Assembly (NCBI GenBank): GCA_026393865.1
Contig: JAPKZI010000043.1
Coordinates: 20,519-84,518 of the forward strand
Direction: 5' to 3'
From: Candidatus Aminicenantes bacterium
GTDB lineage: Bacteria > Acidobacteriota > Aminicenantia > Aminicenantales > UBA4085
DNA length: 64,000 nt
In this document: positions 36,460 to 46,313 of the stretch, piece by piece
Position numbering within the stretch: position 1 is the stretch's first letter
Layout of the letters: every line of letters starts with the position of its first letter
Made by a program: the position numbers and the translations under genes
Notes under the pieces: model-generated
Told to the model about the DNA's origin: nothing
The model's input: the letters and a program-made list of their open reading frames with translations, nothing else
The model's database searches: none

Positions 36460-38145
36460 ATGATCAAATTTCTGAGGATCCGGAACCTGGCCACGATCGA
36501 GGACATCCGGATGGACCTGTCCGAGGGCCTATCCATCCTGACCGGCGAGACCGGAGCGGGCAAGTCCATCATCATCGACAGCATCCGGCTGATCTGCGGC
36601 GAAAAGGCCTTCGCGGACCTGGTCCGGACGGGATGCGCGGAGGCCTCGCTCGAAGCGATCTTCTCCCGTCCCGGCCTTGAAAGCTCCGGCCTCCTTCAGG
36701 ACGAGGCGAACGGCGATCTCGTCCTCCAAAGATCGATCGGTGGAGACGGAACGGGAAAAGCCTACGGGGACGGCGTCCTGATCCCCGTGAAAAAACTCAA
36801 AGATCTGGCCGGCCCGCTCGTCGACATCTATGGACAGAACGACCATGTCTTCCTCCTTCGCCTCGACAGCCATCTCGATTATCTCGATCATTTCAGCGGG
36901 ACGATCCCCCTCCGCGGCGAGGTGGCGGGCGCGGCCCGGGAGCTGCGCCGCCTCAGCCGCTTGAAGGCCGAGTGGAAGGAGCGCGAGCGCGAGCGCAGCC
37001 AGCGCCTCGACTATCTGGATTTCCAGATCCGGGAGATCGACAAGGCCGGCCTGCGGCCCGGCGAAGAGGAGGAGCTCCGGGCCCGCCGCCACATCCTCAA
37101 GAACGCCGAGAAGATCTCGATGCTCGTCGAACAGGCGCTCGATACGGCCTATGCCGGCGACCCTTCGCTCTCGGCTCTCCTGGCCAAGCTCGATCACGCT
37201 CTGGCCGAACTGGGAGCCTTTGATCCGGCCTTTGCCGAGATGAACGAGTCGCTCGGACCGCTGGGCATCGTCGTCCGCGAACTCGCCGATGTTCTGATGC
37301 GATACAAGGAAAAACAGGACCTGTCGCCGGAGAAGATGGAAGAGGTCGAGGCGCGGCTCAGCCTCATCGAAACCCTCAAAAGGAAGTACGGCGGCGATAT
37401 CCGCGACATTCAGTTCTATCTGGAGGCCATCAAGCGCGAGCACGGGGACCTGAACCGGGTCCAGGAAAAGCTGGCGGGCGTCGAGGCCGAAATCGCCTCG
37501 GCCTTCGCCGCCTATACGGCGAAAGCAACGGCCCTCTCCGCGGCCCGGAAAAGGGCCGCCGCCGATCTGGCCAAGCTCATCGAAAAGGAGATCGGCCTGT
37601 TGGGCATGAAAAAGGCCCGGTTCCACATCCAGATCGATTCCGTTCCTTTGACCGAAGAGAGTCCCGACCGTGTCCGGGAGACGGGGATCGACGACGTCGA
37701 ATTCGTCATCAGCCCGAATCCGGGCGAACAGCTCAAGCCGCTGCGCAAGATCGCCTCGGGAGGCGAGTTGTCCCGGATTATGCTCGCCCTCAAGGCCGTC
37801 GGCAAAGACAAGGACGGATCCAAGACCCTGATCTTCGACGAGATCGACGCGGGCATCGGGGGCCAAACGGCGGAGTTCATCGCCCAAAAACTAAAAAACC
37901 TGGCTCGGGCCCACCAGATCATCTGCATCACCCATCTGCCTCAGATCGCTTCGTTCGCCGATCACCATTTCAGGATCGAGAAGACCGTCGCTCACAACCG
38001 GACGTTCACGGCCGTGAAAAAGCTCTCGTTCGAAGAGCGGGTCGAAGAGATCGCGCGGCTCATGTCGGGCAGCCTCGCCACGCCGGCCGCGCTCGAAAGC
38101 GCGCGGGACATGCTCCGCCACCACGCGTCCGGCGCCGGGATCTGA
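36460..38145 (+). CDS. recN: DNA repair protein RecN
   Basis: GETGAGKSI Walker A, long coiled coil, SGGELSRIMLALK signature, LIFDEIDAGIGG. Confidence 0.95.
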   Translation: MIKFLRIRNLATIEDIRMDLSEGLSILTGETGAGKSIIIDSIRLICGEKAFADLVRTGCAEASLEAIFSRPGLESSGLLQDEANGDLVLQRSIGGDGTGKAYGDGVLIPVKKLKDLAGPLVDIYGQNDHVFLLRLDSHLDYLDHFSGTIPLRGEVAGAARELRRLSRLKAEWKERERERSQRLDYLDFQIREIDKAGLRPGEEEELRARRHILKNAEKISMLVEQALDTAYAGDPSLSALLAKLDHALAELGAFDPAFAEMNESLGPLGIVVRELADVLMRYKEKQDLSPEKMEEVEARLSLIETLKRKYGGDIRDIQFYLEAIKREHGDLNRVQEKLAGVEAEIASAFAAYTAKATALSAARKRAAADLAKLIEKEIGLLGMKKARFHIQIDSVPLTEESPDRVRETGIDDVEFVISPNPGEQLKPLRKIASGGELSRIMLALKAVGKDKDGSKTLIFDEIDAGIGGQTAEFIAQKLKNLARAHQIICITHLPQIASFADHHFRIEKTVAHNRTFTAVKKLSFEERVEEIARLMSGSLATPAALESARDMLRHHASGAGI

Positions 38146-38169
38146 ACAAAGGACGCAAGGAGGAGGACC

Positions 38170-38604
38170 ATGAAAAAAACCGAACAAGCGGCGGCCCTGT
38201 TCAAAGAGGGGTTCAGCTGCTCCCAGGCCGTGTTCGCGGCCTTCAGCGAAGATCATGGCTTGGACCGCGGCACGTCCCTGAAACTTGCCCAGGCTTTCGG
38301 CGGAGGGATGGCCCATCTGGGAGAAGCCTGCGGAGCCGTCACCGGCGCGTTCATGCTCATCGGGCTCAAATACGGCCGAACCAAGGCCGACGACCTCGAG
38401 GCGAGAGACCGGACCTATGCCAAGATGCGCCAGTTCGCCGAGCGCTTCAAGGCGCTCCATTGTTCGATCCAGTGCCGGTGCCTGCTCGGTCTGGATCTGG
38501 GGACCGAGGAGGGCATGCGGCTGGCCCGGGAAAAGAACCTGTTCCAGACGCTGTGCGTCAAATACGTTCAAGACGCGGCGACGATCGTCGAAGAGATCCT
38601 CTGA
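38170..38604 (+). CDS. C_GCAxxG_C_C family protein
   Basis: FSCSQAV...GEACGAVTGA...CSIQC...C pattern. Confidence 0.8.
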   Translation: MKKTEQAAALFKEGFSCSQAVFAAFSEDHGLDRGTSLKLAQAFGGGMAHLGEACGAVTGAFMLIGLKYGRTKADDLEARDRTYAKMRQFAERFKALHCSIQCRCLLGLDLGTEEGMRLAREKNLFQTLCVKYVQDAATIVEEIL

Positions 38605-38632
38605 AGAGCGCGCCCCTATTCAGCGTATTCTC

Positions 38633-39958
38633 ATGACGGACTTGAACGGCCTGATCGTTTTCGTTGAAACGTTCGGTTGCCAGATGAACGAAAGCGACTC
38701 GGAGCGGATCGCCGGTCTGCTCGTGGCGGCCGGGGCCCGCCTGACCGACCGGCCCGAGGACAGTCAGGTGACGATCGTCAATACCTGCGCCGTCCGGGGC
38801 AAATCCGAGGAGAAGCTGTTCTCCTACCTGGGCCGCCTGCGGTCCCTGAAAAAAAAGACCGGCCTGAGGATCGTCTTGGCGGGCTGTGTCGCCCAGCTCC
38901 ACCGGGACAGGATCCTGGACAGGAATCCGGAAGTGGACTTCATCCTCGGCCCGGACAATTACCACCTGCTGCCGGAGCTGCTGGAACGCCGTCTCGGCCG
39001 GCCAAGGGTCTTCACGGCCTGGTCCAAGGATTGGCGGGAGGATGAGCGCCGGCTGAGCCTCCGGCGAAGCCCGGTCTCCGCCTTCGTGACGGTCATGGAA
39101 GGATGCGACAATTTCTGCGCATACTGCATCGTCCCGTTCACGCGAGGCCGGGAGAAGTTCCGGCCGCTCCGGACCGTCCTCGACGAGGTCCGAATCCTGG
39201 CCGGCCAGGGTTACAAAGAGATCCAATTCCTCGGGCAGAACGTCAATTCCTACCGGGACCCGGACACCGGCGCCGTCTTTCCCGACCTCTTGAGGGCGGC
39301 GGATGAAATCGACGGCCTCGAATGGATTCGTTTCATCACTTCGCATCCCAAGAATTTCGGCCCCGAATTGGCCGAGGCCATGGCCCGCTCCCGGCACGTC
39401 TGCCGTCAGATCCATCTGCCCCTTCAATCCGGATCGTCGGCGGTTCTCGAGAGGATGAAAAGGAGTTATTCGCGGGAGGAGTATTTGGAGAAGACCCGGG
39501 TCCTCCGTTCGCTCCTGCCCGGGATCTGTCTGAGCACGGACATCATCGTCGGGTTCCCGGGCGAGACCGAGTCGGAGTTCTCGGAGACTTTGGGGGCCCT
39601 GGATGAGATCCGCTTCGCCAACATTTTCTCGTTCCGGTACTCGCCCCGTCCCCACACCTCCGCGGCCAAGCTGAAGGATGACGTCCCGTTCGGGGTCAAA
39701 CGCCGCCGGCTGATGGACGTCCAACAAGCCCAGAAAGCGATCCAGACCCGGATCCACGAAGGTTTCATCGGCCGGACGATCCGGGTTCTCTGTCAGGGGA
39801 AGAGCAAAAAAGATGGACGCGTTTTCTCCGGCCGGAGCGAGGGCTATCAGGTGGTCAATTTCCGATCGGAAGCCGATGTCATCGGACGCTTCGTCCAAGT
39901 CCGGATCACGTCCTGCGGGCCTTATAGTTTGCGCGGAGAGCTCGCCGAAAGTCCTTGA
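38633..39958 (+). CDS. miaB: tRNA-i6A37 methylthiotransferase MiaB
   Basis: FVETFGCQMNESDSE UPF0004 domain, radical-SAM CDNFCAYC, C-terminal TRAM. Start trimmed to the ATG at 38633 (the track ORF starts at 38285 and overlaps the previous gene). Confidence 0.93.
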   Translation: MTDLNGLIVFVETFGCQMNESDSERIAGLLVAAGARLTDRPEDSQVTIVNTCAVRGKSEEKLFSYLGRLRSLKKKTGLRIVLAGCVAQLHRDRILDRNPEVDFILGPDNYHLLPELLERRLGRPRVFTAWSKDWREDERRLSLRRSPVSAFVTVMEGCDNFCAYCIVPFTRGREKFRPLRTVLDEVRILAGQGYKEIQFLGQNVNSYRDPDTGAVFPDLLRAADEIDGLEWIRFITSHPKNFGPELAEAMARSRHVCRQIHLPLQSGSSAVLERMKRSYSREEYLEKTRVLRSLLPGICLSTDIIVGFPGETESEFSETLGALDEIRFANIFSFRYSPRPHTSAAKLKDDVPFGVKRRRLMDVQQAQKAIQTRIHEGFIGRTIRVLCQGKSKKDGRVFSGRSEGYQVVNFRSEADVIGRFVQVRITSCGPYSLRGELAESP

Positions 39959-40011
39959 TTCCGGAGAATTTCCAAATCGATAGAAAGACGGGCGCCCGCC
40001 TCATCCTCGTC

Positions 40012-40115
40012 GGTCAAGGGACGAGCCTTCGGCTCGCCACTCGCCCGTGGCTTTAATTCACGGGCGAGTACGGCGGAAGTGGACCCCCGGGTAAAGCCCG
40101 GGGCCCGGCCGCCGT
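40012..40115 (+). repeat. Three-hairpin repeat element, copy A (104 nt, intergenic)
   Basis: ~90% identical to 45449-45553. Stems CGAGC/GCTCG, CTCGCCCGTG/CACGGGCGAG (10 bp) and CCCCGGG/CCCGGGG (7 bp). Confidence 0.85.
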
Positions 40116-40182
40116 TGATATTCGCGCCTGTTTCCGTTATAATCAAGTGCTTTTAACGGAACCGGCAGGGAAAGCCGACGTC

Positions 40183-41229
40183 ATGAAGATCAATGTCTGG
40201 AACACCATTTTGCAGCTGAGCAAGGAGCGAGGCGTCGAGCCGTCCCTCATCATCAGCGCCATCCAGGAATCGCTCAAGGTCGCCGCCTCCAAATATTACA
40301 CGCGGAACGAGGACATCCACGTCGACTTCCGGCCGGAAAAAGGCGAGCTCCGGGTTTACGCGCTCAAGCGGGTGGTCGAACATCCCGCCTCCCCCGCCCG
40401 GGAGATCTCCCTGGAGGAGGCCCGGCAGATGAACCCCGCGGCGGCCGTCGACGACGCCGTCGAGACCGATCTCCCCTCCGACACGCTGGGCCGGATCGCC
40501 GCTCAGGCCGCCAAACAGGTGATCTTCCAGAAGGTCCGGGACGCGGAACAGGAAAAGATTTACGGCGAGTTCGCTTCGCGGCTGGGCGAGATCATCATGG
40601 GCGTCTATCGGCGCGAAGAAAACGACGCGATCATCCTCGAGGTCAACAAGACCGACGTCCTCTTCCCCTTCCGCGAAAAGCTTTTCAACGAGGACTTCAG
40701 GCGAGGCGACCAGATCCGGGCGGTGATCGTCCAGGTCAAAAAGGGCTATAAAGGCGCGGATCCGCAAGTCATCGTCTCCCGGACGAGCCCCAAGTTCCTG
40801 GAAAAGCTCCTCGAACTCGAGATCCCCGAGATCGCCAACGGCGCGATCGAGATCAAGGACATCGTCCGGCAGCCCGGCGAACGGGCCAAGGTGGCCGTGG
40901 CGACCCGGGAACGCGATGTCGACCCCGTCGGGGCCTGCATCGGCGTCAAGGGCGGCCGCATCCTGGCCGTCAGCAAGGAGCTGGCCGGAGAGAAGATCGA
41001 CATCATCATCTGGTCTCCCAATCCCCTGAGCTACGCCAAGGCCGCCCTCAGCCCGGCGCGCGTCGAGAACATGATCGTCCTCGACAATATCGAGAAGACG
41101 ATGCAGGCGATCGTGACCAGGGACCAGTTGTCCCTGGCCATCGGCAAGAAGGGGATCAACGTGAAGCTGGCTTCAAAGCTCGTCGGCTGGAGGATCGGGA
41201 TCCAACAGCCACCCCCTGAATCAACATAG
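40183..41229 (+). CDS. nusA: Transcription termination/antitermination factor NusA (no C-terminal AR repeats)
   Basis: [31 protein letters not shown]..., followed by S1 and two KH regions. The track ORF begins at the GTG at 40147. Confidence 0.93.
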   Translation: MKINVWNTILQLSKERGVEPSLIISAIQESLKVAASKYYTRNEDIHVDFRPEKGELRVYALKRVVEHPASPAREISLEEARQMNPAAAVDDAVETDLPSDTLGRIAAQAAKQVIFQKVRDAEQEKIYGEFASRLGEIIMGVYRREENDAIILEVNKTDVLFPFREKLFNEDFRRGDQIRAVIVQVKKGYKGADPQVIVSRTSPKFLEKLLELEIPEIANGAIEIKDIVRQPGERAKVAVATRERDVDPVGACIGVKGGRILAVSKELAGEKIDIIIWSPNPLSYAKAALSPARVENMIVLDNIEKTMQAIVTRDQLSLAIGKKGINVKLASKLVGWRIGIQQPPPEST

Positions 41230-41243
41230 AAAAGGAACGTCCA

Positions 41244-43043
41244 TTGACGGAAACTAAGATTATTAAAACGACCAAGACGACCAAGGACGGCCCTAAGGCC
41301 CGGCCGGTGATCCTTCTCCGTGAAGGGTCGACCGTGAAGGAGCTGGCGGCCAAGCTGAAGGCCCGGCCAAAGGATATCCTGGAGAAGCTGGCGGCGAAGG
41401 GTTTCAGCCTGAGCGTCAACGACGTCATCGACGAAGCGTTCGCCGCCAAGGTCGCGGCGACCCTCGGCATCGTGCTCGAGAGCGTTTCCGTCGAAAAGGA
41501 GATGCGGAAGCTCGCCGAGAGCAAGAAGGCGGACCTCGTGACGCGGCCCCCGGTCGTGACGATCATGGGCCATGTCGACCATGGCAAAACGACGCTGCTC
41601 GACGCCATCCGCTCCTCGAACCTCGTCGACAAGGAATCGGGCGGCATCACCCAGCACATCGGCGCCTACCAGGTCGTCCACAACAAACGGCCGATCACTT
41701 TCATCGACACGCCGGGCCACGAGGCGTTCACCCAGCTCCGCGCGCGCGGGGCGAAGGTCACCGACATCGTCGTCCTGGTCATCGCTGCCGACGAAGCGGT
41801 GATGCCCCAGACCAAGGAGGCCATCAGCCACGCCAAAGCCGCCGGAGTCCCGATGATCGTCGCCATCAATAAGATCGACAAGCCCGAGGCCAATCCGGAC
41901 AAAATCAAAAGGGAGCTGCAGAAGGAAAATGTTCTCGTCGAGGAATGGGGCGGCGACGTCATCAGCGTCGCGGTCTCGGCCAAAGACAAAAAGAACATCA
42001 AGGAGCTCCTGGAAATGATCCTGCTCCTGGCCGACGTCATCGAGATCAAGGCCAATCCCAAAGGGAAGGCGCAGGGGTTCGTCCTCGAGGCACGCCTCGA
42101 CGCGAAGAAGGGCCCTCTTGCGACCGTGATCATCCAGAATGGAACGTTGTCCGTGGGCCAAGCCTTCCTGTCAGGGACGACTTTCGGCAAGGTCCGCGCG
42201 CTCAACGACGAACACGGCCGCGGGCTGAAAGCCGCTGGACCTTCGACCCCCGTCGAGATCCTCGGATTCTCCGGGGTGCCTCAGGCGGGCGATTTCTTCC
42301 TCGTGCTCGACAGCCAAGAGGAAGCCAGGGCCGTCGCCGAATATCGTCTCTCCCGCGCGTCGAAGGGCGCCGCCCAAAAACCTGGACAGGTCACGCTTGA
42401 CGACCTTTTTAAGAAGATCGAAGCGGGAGAATCCAAGGAGCTGCCCATCATCCTCAAGGCCGACGTCCAAGGCTCGGTCGAGGTCTTGACCGGGCTTCTT
42501 CCCTCCCTCGGCACGGAGAAAGTGAAAATCAGGATCATCCAGGCCATGACCGGATCGATCACGGAGTCGGACATCCTCCTCGCCTCGACCTCGAAGGCCA
42601 TCATCCTCGGCTATAACGTCAAGCCCGGTCCCAAGATCCAAGATCTGGCTCAGAAGGAGAACGTCCAGGTCCTGTCCTACAAGATCATCTACCAGCTGAC
42701 GGACGACATTAAAAAGGCCGTGGCGGGTATGCTTGAACCCGTCATCAAAGAGACCTACCTGGGCCGCGCCCAGGTCCGCAAGATCTTCAGGATCCCCAAG
42801 GTCGGCGTCATCGCCGGAAGTTATGTCCAGGACGGCAAAATCGTGCGCAACGCGGAGGTCAAAGTCCTCCGGAATAAGGAGGTCGTCTTCAAGGGCCGGA
42901 TCGCCTCGTTGAAGCACCTGAAGGAGAACGTGACCGAGGTCAAAAAGGACCTGGAATGCGGCATCGGACTGGACCGGTTCAAGGAGTTCCAAGAAGGCGA
43001 CCTGATCGAGGCTTTCATCACCGAAAAGGTCTATCAGTCCTAG
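41244..43043 (+). CDS. infB: Translation initiation factor IF-2 (short N-terminus, apparent TTG start)
   Basis: [20 protein letters not shown] and NKID GTPase motifs. 599 aa. Confidence 0.95.
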   Translation: MTETKIIKTTKTTKDGPKARPVILLREGSTVKELAAKLKARPKDILEKLAAKGFSLSVNDVIDEAFAAKVAATLGIVLESVSVEKEMRKLAESKKADLVTRPPVVTIMGHVDHGKTTLLDAIRSSNLVDKESGGITQHIGAYQVVHNKRPITFIDTPGHEAFTQLRARGAKVTDIVVLVIAADEAVMPQTKEAISHAKAAGVPMIVAINKIDKPEANPDKIKRELQKENVLVEEWGGDVISVAVSAKDKKNIKELLEMILLLADVIEIKANPKGKAQGFVLEARLDAKKGPLATVIIQNGTLSVGQAFLSGTTFGKVRALNDEHGRGLKAAGPSTPVEILGFSGVPQAGDFFLVLDSQEEARAVAEYRLSRASKGAAQKPGQVTLDDLFKKIEAGESKELPIILKADVQGSVEVLTGLLPSLGTEKVKIRIIQAMTGSITESDILLASTSKAIILGYNVKPGPKIQDLAQKENVQVLSYKIIYQLTDDIKKAVAGMLEPVIKETYLGRAQVRKIFRIPKVGVIAGSYVQDGKIVRNAEVKVLRNKEVVFKGRIASLKHLKENVTEVKKDLECGIGLDRFKEFQEGDLIEAFITEKVYQS

Positions 43044-43058
43044 CCGGGGACGGGGACC

Positions 43059-43340
43059 ATGGTCATCGGCTATCTCGAACTGGACCTTCATTTCCCTCAC
43101 GCCCGGTCCCTCAAGGACAAACGCAAGGAACTCAACGGGCTCAAGGATCGCATCCGCCGGAAACACAACGTCGCCCTGGCCGAGCTTGACTTTCAGGACG
43201 TCTGGCAGCGGACGAAGATCGGCGTAGTGACTCTCAACAGCCACCAGACCATCGTCGAGCAGGTCCTGTCTCGGATCCGGTCCGACGTTTTCGAGAATGT
43301 CAACGGCGAACTTCTGAGCTCCCGGATCGAGTATTATTAG
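43059..43340 (+). CDS. DUF503 (YlxP-like) protein
   Basis: MVIGYLELDLHFPHARSLKDKR... Same position as B. subtilis ylxP, between infB and rbfA. Confidence 0.8.
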   Translation: MVIGYLELDLHFPHARSLKDKRKELNGLKDRIRRKHNVALAELDFQDVWQRTKIGVVTLNSHQTIVEQVLSRIRSDVFENVNGELLSSRIEYY

Positions 43341-43345
43341 GGTCC

Positions 43346-43708
43346 ATGAAAGACGAGAGCCGGCGACAGAAGAAAATCGGCAGCCTGCTTCTTGAGGCGC
43401 TCAGCCCGATCCTCATCCAGGAGCTTCTCGGCGTAACGACCGTCCTCGTGACCGTGACGCGCGTGGACGTTCCCGCCGACCTCAAAACCGCTCATGTTTT
43501 TCTCAGCGTCTTCGGCCCCGGCGATCCCGCCCCGATCTTCGCTCATCTCGAACGGAGGACGGGGTTCATCCGCAAGCGTCTTGCCTCCACGGTCAAACTA
43601 AAGTATAATCCCATGCTATTTTTCAGCCTGGATCCGACCGCGGACATGAGCGAACGGATCGACCGGCTTCTTCGGACGACCAGGACCGATGGACACGACG
43701 CCTCTTGA
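43346..43708 (+). CDS. rbfA: Ribosome-binding factor A
   Basis: 120 aa, KKIGSLLLEALSPIL...VTVTRVDVPADLKTAHVF. Confidence 0.88.
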   Translation: MKDESRRQKKIGSLLLEALSPILIQELLGVTTVLVTVTRVDVPADLKTAHVFLSVFGPGDPAPIFAHLERRTGFIRKRLASTVKLKYNPMLFFSLDPTADMSERIDRLLRTTRTDGHDAS

Positions 43709-44678
43709 CCTCATCGTCAAAAAAATCTCCGCCAGCCGCCGCTTGGCCATCACCAGTCACCTCCGGCCCGACGGCGATTCTTTGTGCACCAGCCTGGCCC
43801 TGTCCTTCGCCGCCGAGGCCATGGGCAAAGAGGCGGACATCTTCAACACGGACCGAACGCCCGTCCCGTTCCAGGCCTTTCCCGATGCCGCCAGAATCCG
43901 GATCGGACAGATCCCGCCAGGGATCTACGACGCGGTCATCCTTCTCGAATGCGCCGACGTCTCCAGGTCCGGCCACGAGCACCTCGACCGCTATTTCAAG
44001 ATCAATATCGATCATCACTATTCGAACGACCGCTATGCCGACATCAACTGGGTCGATCCGGCGGCTTCGGCCGTCGCGGAGATGGCCTTTGACCTTTGCC
44101 AAAAGCTGCCGCTGCGCCTGACCCCGCGGATCGCCGGCCACCTGTACTGCGCGATCGTATCGGACACGGGCTCCTTCCAGTTCTCGAACACGACGGCCAA
44201 GTGTTTCGCGGTCTGCCACGCCCTTGTCGAAGCCGGCGCGGAGCCCAACCGGACGAGCGAAGCCCTTTTCCATAATAACCCTCCCGAAAAAATCAAGCTC
44301 CTGGGACGGGTCCTGTCCACCCTCGAACTCAGCCGGGACGGCGCCATCGCCATGATCCATTTGTTCAAAAAGGACCTCCGGAGCTTGAACCTGCGCGAGA
44401 TCGACACGGAAGACATCACCACGCTGACCCGTTCGATCAAGGGCGTGAACGTCGTCCTTTTCTTCAAGGAGATGGACCCTGACGTCTTCCGCGTCAGCAT
44501 CCGATCCAAGGGGACCGCCCACGCCGCGGCGATCGCCGAGCATTTCGGCGGGGGCGGTCACGCCCATGCCGCGGGATTCACGGTCTACGGCCCGTTCGAG
44601 GAGCTGATCAAAGGCGTGCCCGCGACCGTCGAGAAACTCCTCGGCGAGATGGCCCCCGGGCGCGCGACCACGACGTGA
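43689..44678 (+). CDS. nrnA: DHH/DHHA1 phosphoesterase (NrnA-like)
   Basis: HLRPDGDSL, NIDHHYSN and GGGHAHAAG motifs. Confidence 0.85.
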   Translation: MDTTPLDLIVKKISASRRLAITSHLRPDGDSLCTSLALSFAAEAMGKEADIFNTDRTPVPFQAFPDAARIRIGQIPPGIYDAVILLECADVSRSGHEHLDRYFKINIDHHYSNDRYADINWVDPAASAVAEMAFDLCQKLPLRLTPRIAGHLYCAIVSDTGSFQFSNTTAKCFAVCHALVEAGAEPNRTSEALFHNNPPEKIKLLGRVLSTLELSRDGAIAMIHLFKKDLRSLNLREIDTEDITTLTRSIKGVNVVLFFKEMDPDVFRVSIRSKGTAHAAAIAEHFGGGGHAHAAGFTVYGPFEELIKGVPATVEKLLGEMAPGRATTT

Positions 44679-44681
44679 TGA

Positions 44682-45698
44682 ATGGACGGTCTGATCCTCG
44701 TCCGCAAACCCGTTCCCGCGACTTCCCATGATGTCGTTGCGGCGCTTCGGAAGATCCTGAATCAAAAAAAGATCGGCCACTTCGGGACCCTGGATCCGCT
44801 GGCCTCCGGCCTTCTCCTTGCCGCCGTCGGAAAGGCCACGCGGCTGTTCCCCTTCTACAGCAAAATGGACAAGATCTACGAAGGCCGTATCCGCCTGGGC
44901 TTTTCGACCGATACGTTCGATGCCGCCGGCCATCCCACCTCTCCGGCCTGCGATATTTTTCCCGACCGCCCCGCGGTCGAGGAAGTCCTTCGGGATTTCG
45001 AGGGAGAGATCACCCAGATCCCACCTCCCTATTCGGCGAAAAAGGTCGGGGGAATACCCCTTTATACCTACGCCCGCCGGAAAACGCCTGTCGACGGTCG
45101 TCCGTTCCAGGTGCGGGTCCACTCCTTCGAACTCCTGGGGTACGTCGCCCCGCATATCGATTTCGTGGTGAAGTGCGGCTCGGGAACCTATATCCGGACC
45201 CTGGCCCATGACCTCGGCCAAAGGCTGGGATGCGGAGCCCACCTTGCAGGGCTCGTCCGGACCGGGATCGGCGAATTCAGCCTGAAGGACGGTCTGACGT
45301 TGGAGGAGATCCGGGGTTTTCAGGAGATGGGCGCGACCGGGAGATTCCTTCTACCCATGGAATCGCTCCTGCCTTCTTTGGCCATGATCAAAGTCAGCGA
45401 AGAAGGCGTTCAATGGATCCGGAACGGCCGACCGGTCTCGGCCGAACAGGTCAAGGGACGAGCCTTCGGCTCGCCACTCGCCCGTGACTTCTATCCACGG
45501 GCGAGTACGGCGGAAGCTGACCCCCGGGCTATGCCCGGGGCCCCGGCCGCCGTCGAGGACGCCGAGGGGAACGGGCCTCCGGTCCTCCGCGATGATCCGA
45601 CGATCATCGTCCGGGTCTTCAGCCCGGACGGCCGGCTGATCGCCCTGGCCCGCCCCGCCGCTTTTCCCGGCCATTTCGCGCCTTTCCTCGTCCTTTAA
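44682..45698 (+). CDS. truB: tRNA pseudouridine(55) synthase TruB carrying a 35-codon repeat-derived insertion
   Basis: GLILVRKPVPATSHDVV...GHFGTLDPLASGLL catalytic Asp motif. 338 aa. Confidence 0.92.
   Translation: MDGLILVRKPVPATSHDVVAALRKILNQKKIGHFGTLDPLASGLLLAAVGKATRLFPFYSKMDKIYEGRIRLGFSTDTFDAAGHPTSPACDIFPDRPAVEEVLRDFEGEITQIPPPYSAKKVGGIPLYTYARRKTPVDGRPFQVRVHSFELLGYVAPHIDFVVKCGSGTYIRTLAHDLGQRLGCGAHLAGLVRTGIGEFSLKDGLTLEEIRGFQEMGATGRFLLPMESLLPSLAMIKVSEEGVQWIRNGRPVSAEQVKGRAFGSPLARDFYPRASTAEADPRAMPGAPAAVEDAEGNGPPVLRDDPTIIVRVFSPDGRLIALARPAAFPGHFAPFLVL
45449..45553 (+). repeat. Three-hairpin repeat element, copy B (105 nt, in frame inside truB)
   Basis: Same three stems as copy A. Encodes VKGRAFGSPLARDFYPRASTAEADPRAMPGAPAAV. 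Confidence 0.85.
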
Positions 45699-45747
45699 AT
45701 AAGAGTTTCTTGAATTTTCGGCCGACCTGGTGTATTTTATAGCCGAC

Positions 45748-46026
45748 ATGAGGCTGAACAAGAATCAAATCGAACATCTGGGATTCCTCATCCTCCGCAA
45801 TCTGAAGAAGGACGGGAAGGTCCTGATCGAGGAGAAAACGGCGCTCCTTGACGAGACTATCGCCCTGATCACGGAGGAGTTCCAGAAAGAGGATCAGCTC
45901 GATCAGGAGGTCCGGGAGCTCCTCAGCAAACACATGGAAAAGATCCGGCGGGAAAATCTCGAATACCAGACGATGTTCCGCATGATCAAGACCAAGCTGG
46001 CCAAGGAAAGGAACATCGTCCTGTGA
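45748..46026 (+). CDS. DUF507 family protein (paralog 1)
   Basis: MRLNKNQIEHLGFLILRNLKKDG...; the track ORF begins at the GTG at 45730. Confidence 0.7.
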   Translation: MRLNKNQIEHLGFLILRNLKKDGKVLIEEKTALLDETIALITEEFQKEDQLDQEVRELLSKHMEKIRRENLEYQTMFRMIKTKLAKERNIVL

Positions 46027-46313
46027 GCAACCGCCTGTCGCGCGAAAAGATCAATTACCTCTCCAAACGGATCCTTGAGGCGCTGACGAAGAACGACCAT
46101 GTCGAGTTCCTCGATGATCCGAACGAGATCCGACTGTGCATCGTCCGTTCCATCGAAGAGGAAATGAAGCTCTACGAGACCCTGGATAAGCGGGCCATCG
46201 ACAAGATCCAGTCTCAGAAGAAATCCATCGAAGAAGGCAGCCGGGAGTGGGAGATCCTGTACCGGAAATATTATAATGACGAACTCGCTAAGCTCGGCAA
46301 ACTCTCCGAATAG
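46023..46313 (+). CDS. DUF507 family protein (paralog 2)
   Basis: SNRLSREKINYLSKRILEALTKND...; the GTG start overlaps the previous stop (GTGA). Confidence 0.7.
   Translation: MSNRLSREKINYLSKRILEALTKNDHVEFLDDPNEIRLCIVRSIEEEMKLYETLDKRAIDKIQSQKKSIEEGSREWEILYRKYYNDELAKLGKLSE

Noticed and set aside
39922-40146. 74-aa minus-strand ORF covering repeat copy A.
   Set aside because: It has no RBS and a low-complexity translation. The region is better explained as the structured repeat.
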